Below are positions 63,016 to 64,000 of a stretch of DNA of 64,000 nt, piece after piece. Within the stretch, counting starts at the first letter, position 1. The number at the start of each line of letters is the position of its first letter. The notes under the pieces were generated by a model. The model was not told the DNA's origin. It did no database searches and saw only the letters and a program-made list of their open reading frames with translations. The position numbers were made by a program, and so were the translations under genes. The DNA comes from Vitrella brassicaformis CCMP3155 (taxonomy: Eukaryota > Protista > Chromerida): contig CDMY01000840.1 in NCBI GenBank assembly GCA_001179505.1, forward strand, positions 124,001 through 188,000, written 5' to 3'.

Positions 63016-64000
63016 GCCGCGGCGTGTGCACCGCACTTAATTACTCGGTCGGTATGACACGTAGACGATGGCGGTCTGTGCGCTGTTGAATAGCTACACA
63101 AAGCAGCGGATCATCCACTGGGGCATTGCCAGGTCGAAGCTCACAACGTGGGAGACCGGCTCGAGCGACGTCAGCTCAGTGGCATCGCGATTCATGAAGG
63201 CCACGCGCGCAGCAGCGGGCACACCAGTGGTGGTCGGCGTGGCGTCTCCAGAGGACTCCTGAGAAGACAATAGATGGAATAGCAGGGGGGGAATCACTGG
63301 TAGTCACTGCGTACCAGGTGTCGCTTCGCCTTGTGGAGGATGCCCAGCAGGTGTCTGGTCGCAAGCATGTAGCTGTTGGTGTCGACCTCAACGCCGACTG
63401 TGTGCACACACAACACACGCACACAAACAAGGGGTCACAGATCAATCTCCCTTGGATGGCATCCATGTGTGTGCCGTGCCGTGCCGTGCCGTCTCACTCC
63501 TTCACTCCTTCATTCACTCACTCACTCACTCGATGCCGCGATTCTGAAGTGGCTGGCTGCAACGATGTTCGGGATGCCGCGCCCAGAGCCGATGTCCAGC
63601 AGCACAGAGTCCTTCAGGATAAGCATAGCAACCAACACACAAGCAACCATGTATCGTCAGTCACGCCACACCATTGCCACTGCCCTGCCCTGCCCTGCCC
63701 TGCGACGCTCACCTCGCCCATCTGGAACTCCGTTCTGAGGATCTTGAGCAGGCGGAGCAGACTGCCCTCACTGTTCTCGCCATACATCCCTGAATCAACA
63801 TGGATGGCACAACAAAATTGCAATGAGTGAGTTAGCCACAAGCAATTGCATGATGCTGGTCTGCGGGGGCTGATACCTTACCTTCGTCAGACGTCATGAT
63901 TCTGGACGCTTCCCCACAGAAGAGCTCCTTGTGATCATACAAGGGGGCATCCGGACCGCAATGCAGACTTGGGCCCACACACCCAGCCGCCGGCATCTTG
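62344..64000 (-). CDS. DOT1-like SAM-dependent methyltransferase (5' end at or beyond the window edge)
   Basis: Spliced G|GMYGENSEGSLLRLLKIL...MGE|DSVLLDIGSGRGIPNIVAA...GVEVD...VAFMNRDAT..L..VSHVVSFD. The YGE + DxGSGxG + GxE + D pattern is that of DOT1-type methyltransferases. The basic tail RKKKR...KRRRG* is NLS-like. Confidence 0.65.

Overview
Gene-dense, GC-rich, intron-rich eukaryotic nuclear DNA. Short GT-AG introns are filled with (GT)n/(CA)n/(ACAG)n microsatellites, and there are three 300-N assembly gaps. The gene content includes plastid-type bipartite leaders, a class II PRPP synthase, a CDPK, and a TLDc protein with the LYRASVDG motif. This suggests a chromerid alveolate such as Vitrella brassicaformis (inference). 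I assembled about 20 spliced genes by hand: SnoaL-like, BAG-like, UBC-fold, a large multi-WW CEP164-like protein, a SABATH methyltransferase, a J-protein with an adjacent broken duplicate, a UBE2O-like protein with no UBC domain, RING1, an FtsH-lumenal-domain/coiled-coil chimera, secreted TLDc, CMTR1, class II PRS, two head-to-head Cys-rich secreted proteins, a second J-protein, a CDPK, a 56-aa basic protein, DUF4336, a DOT1-like methyltransferase and several orphans. Most genes sit in head-to-head pairs. I recognised no rRNA, tRNA, CRISPR array or transposon. The most unusual items are the FtsH_ext x2 + TM + 18-residue-repeat protein lacking AAA/protease domains, a perfect 13-bp motif repeated three times in the adjacent divergent promoter, and the Cys-rich pair whose start codons are only 60 bp apart. 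All family assignments are motif recognition by eye, not database searches, and exon boundaries are predictions.
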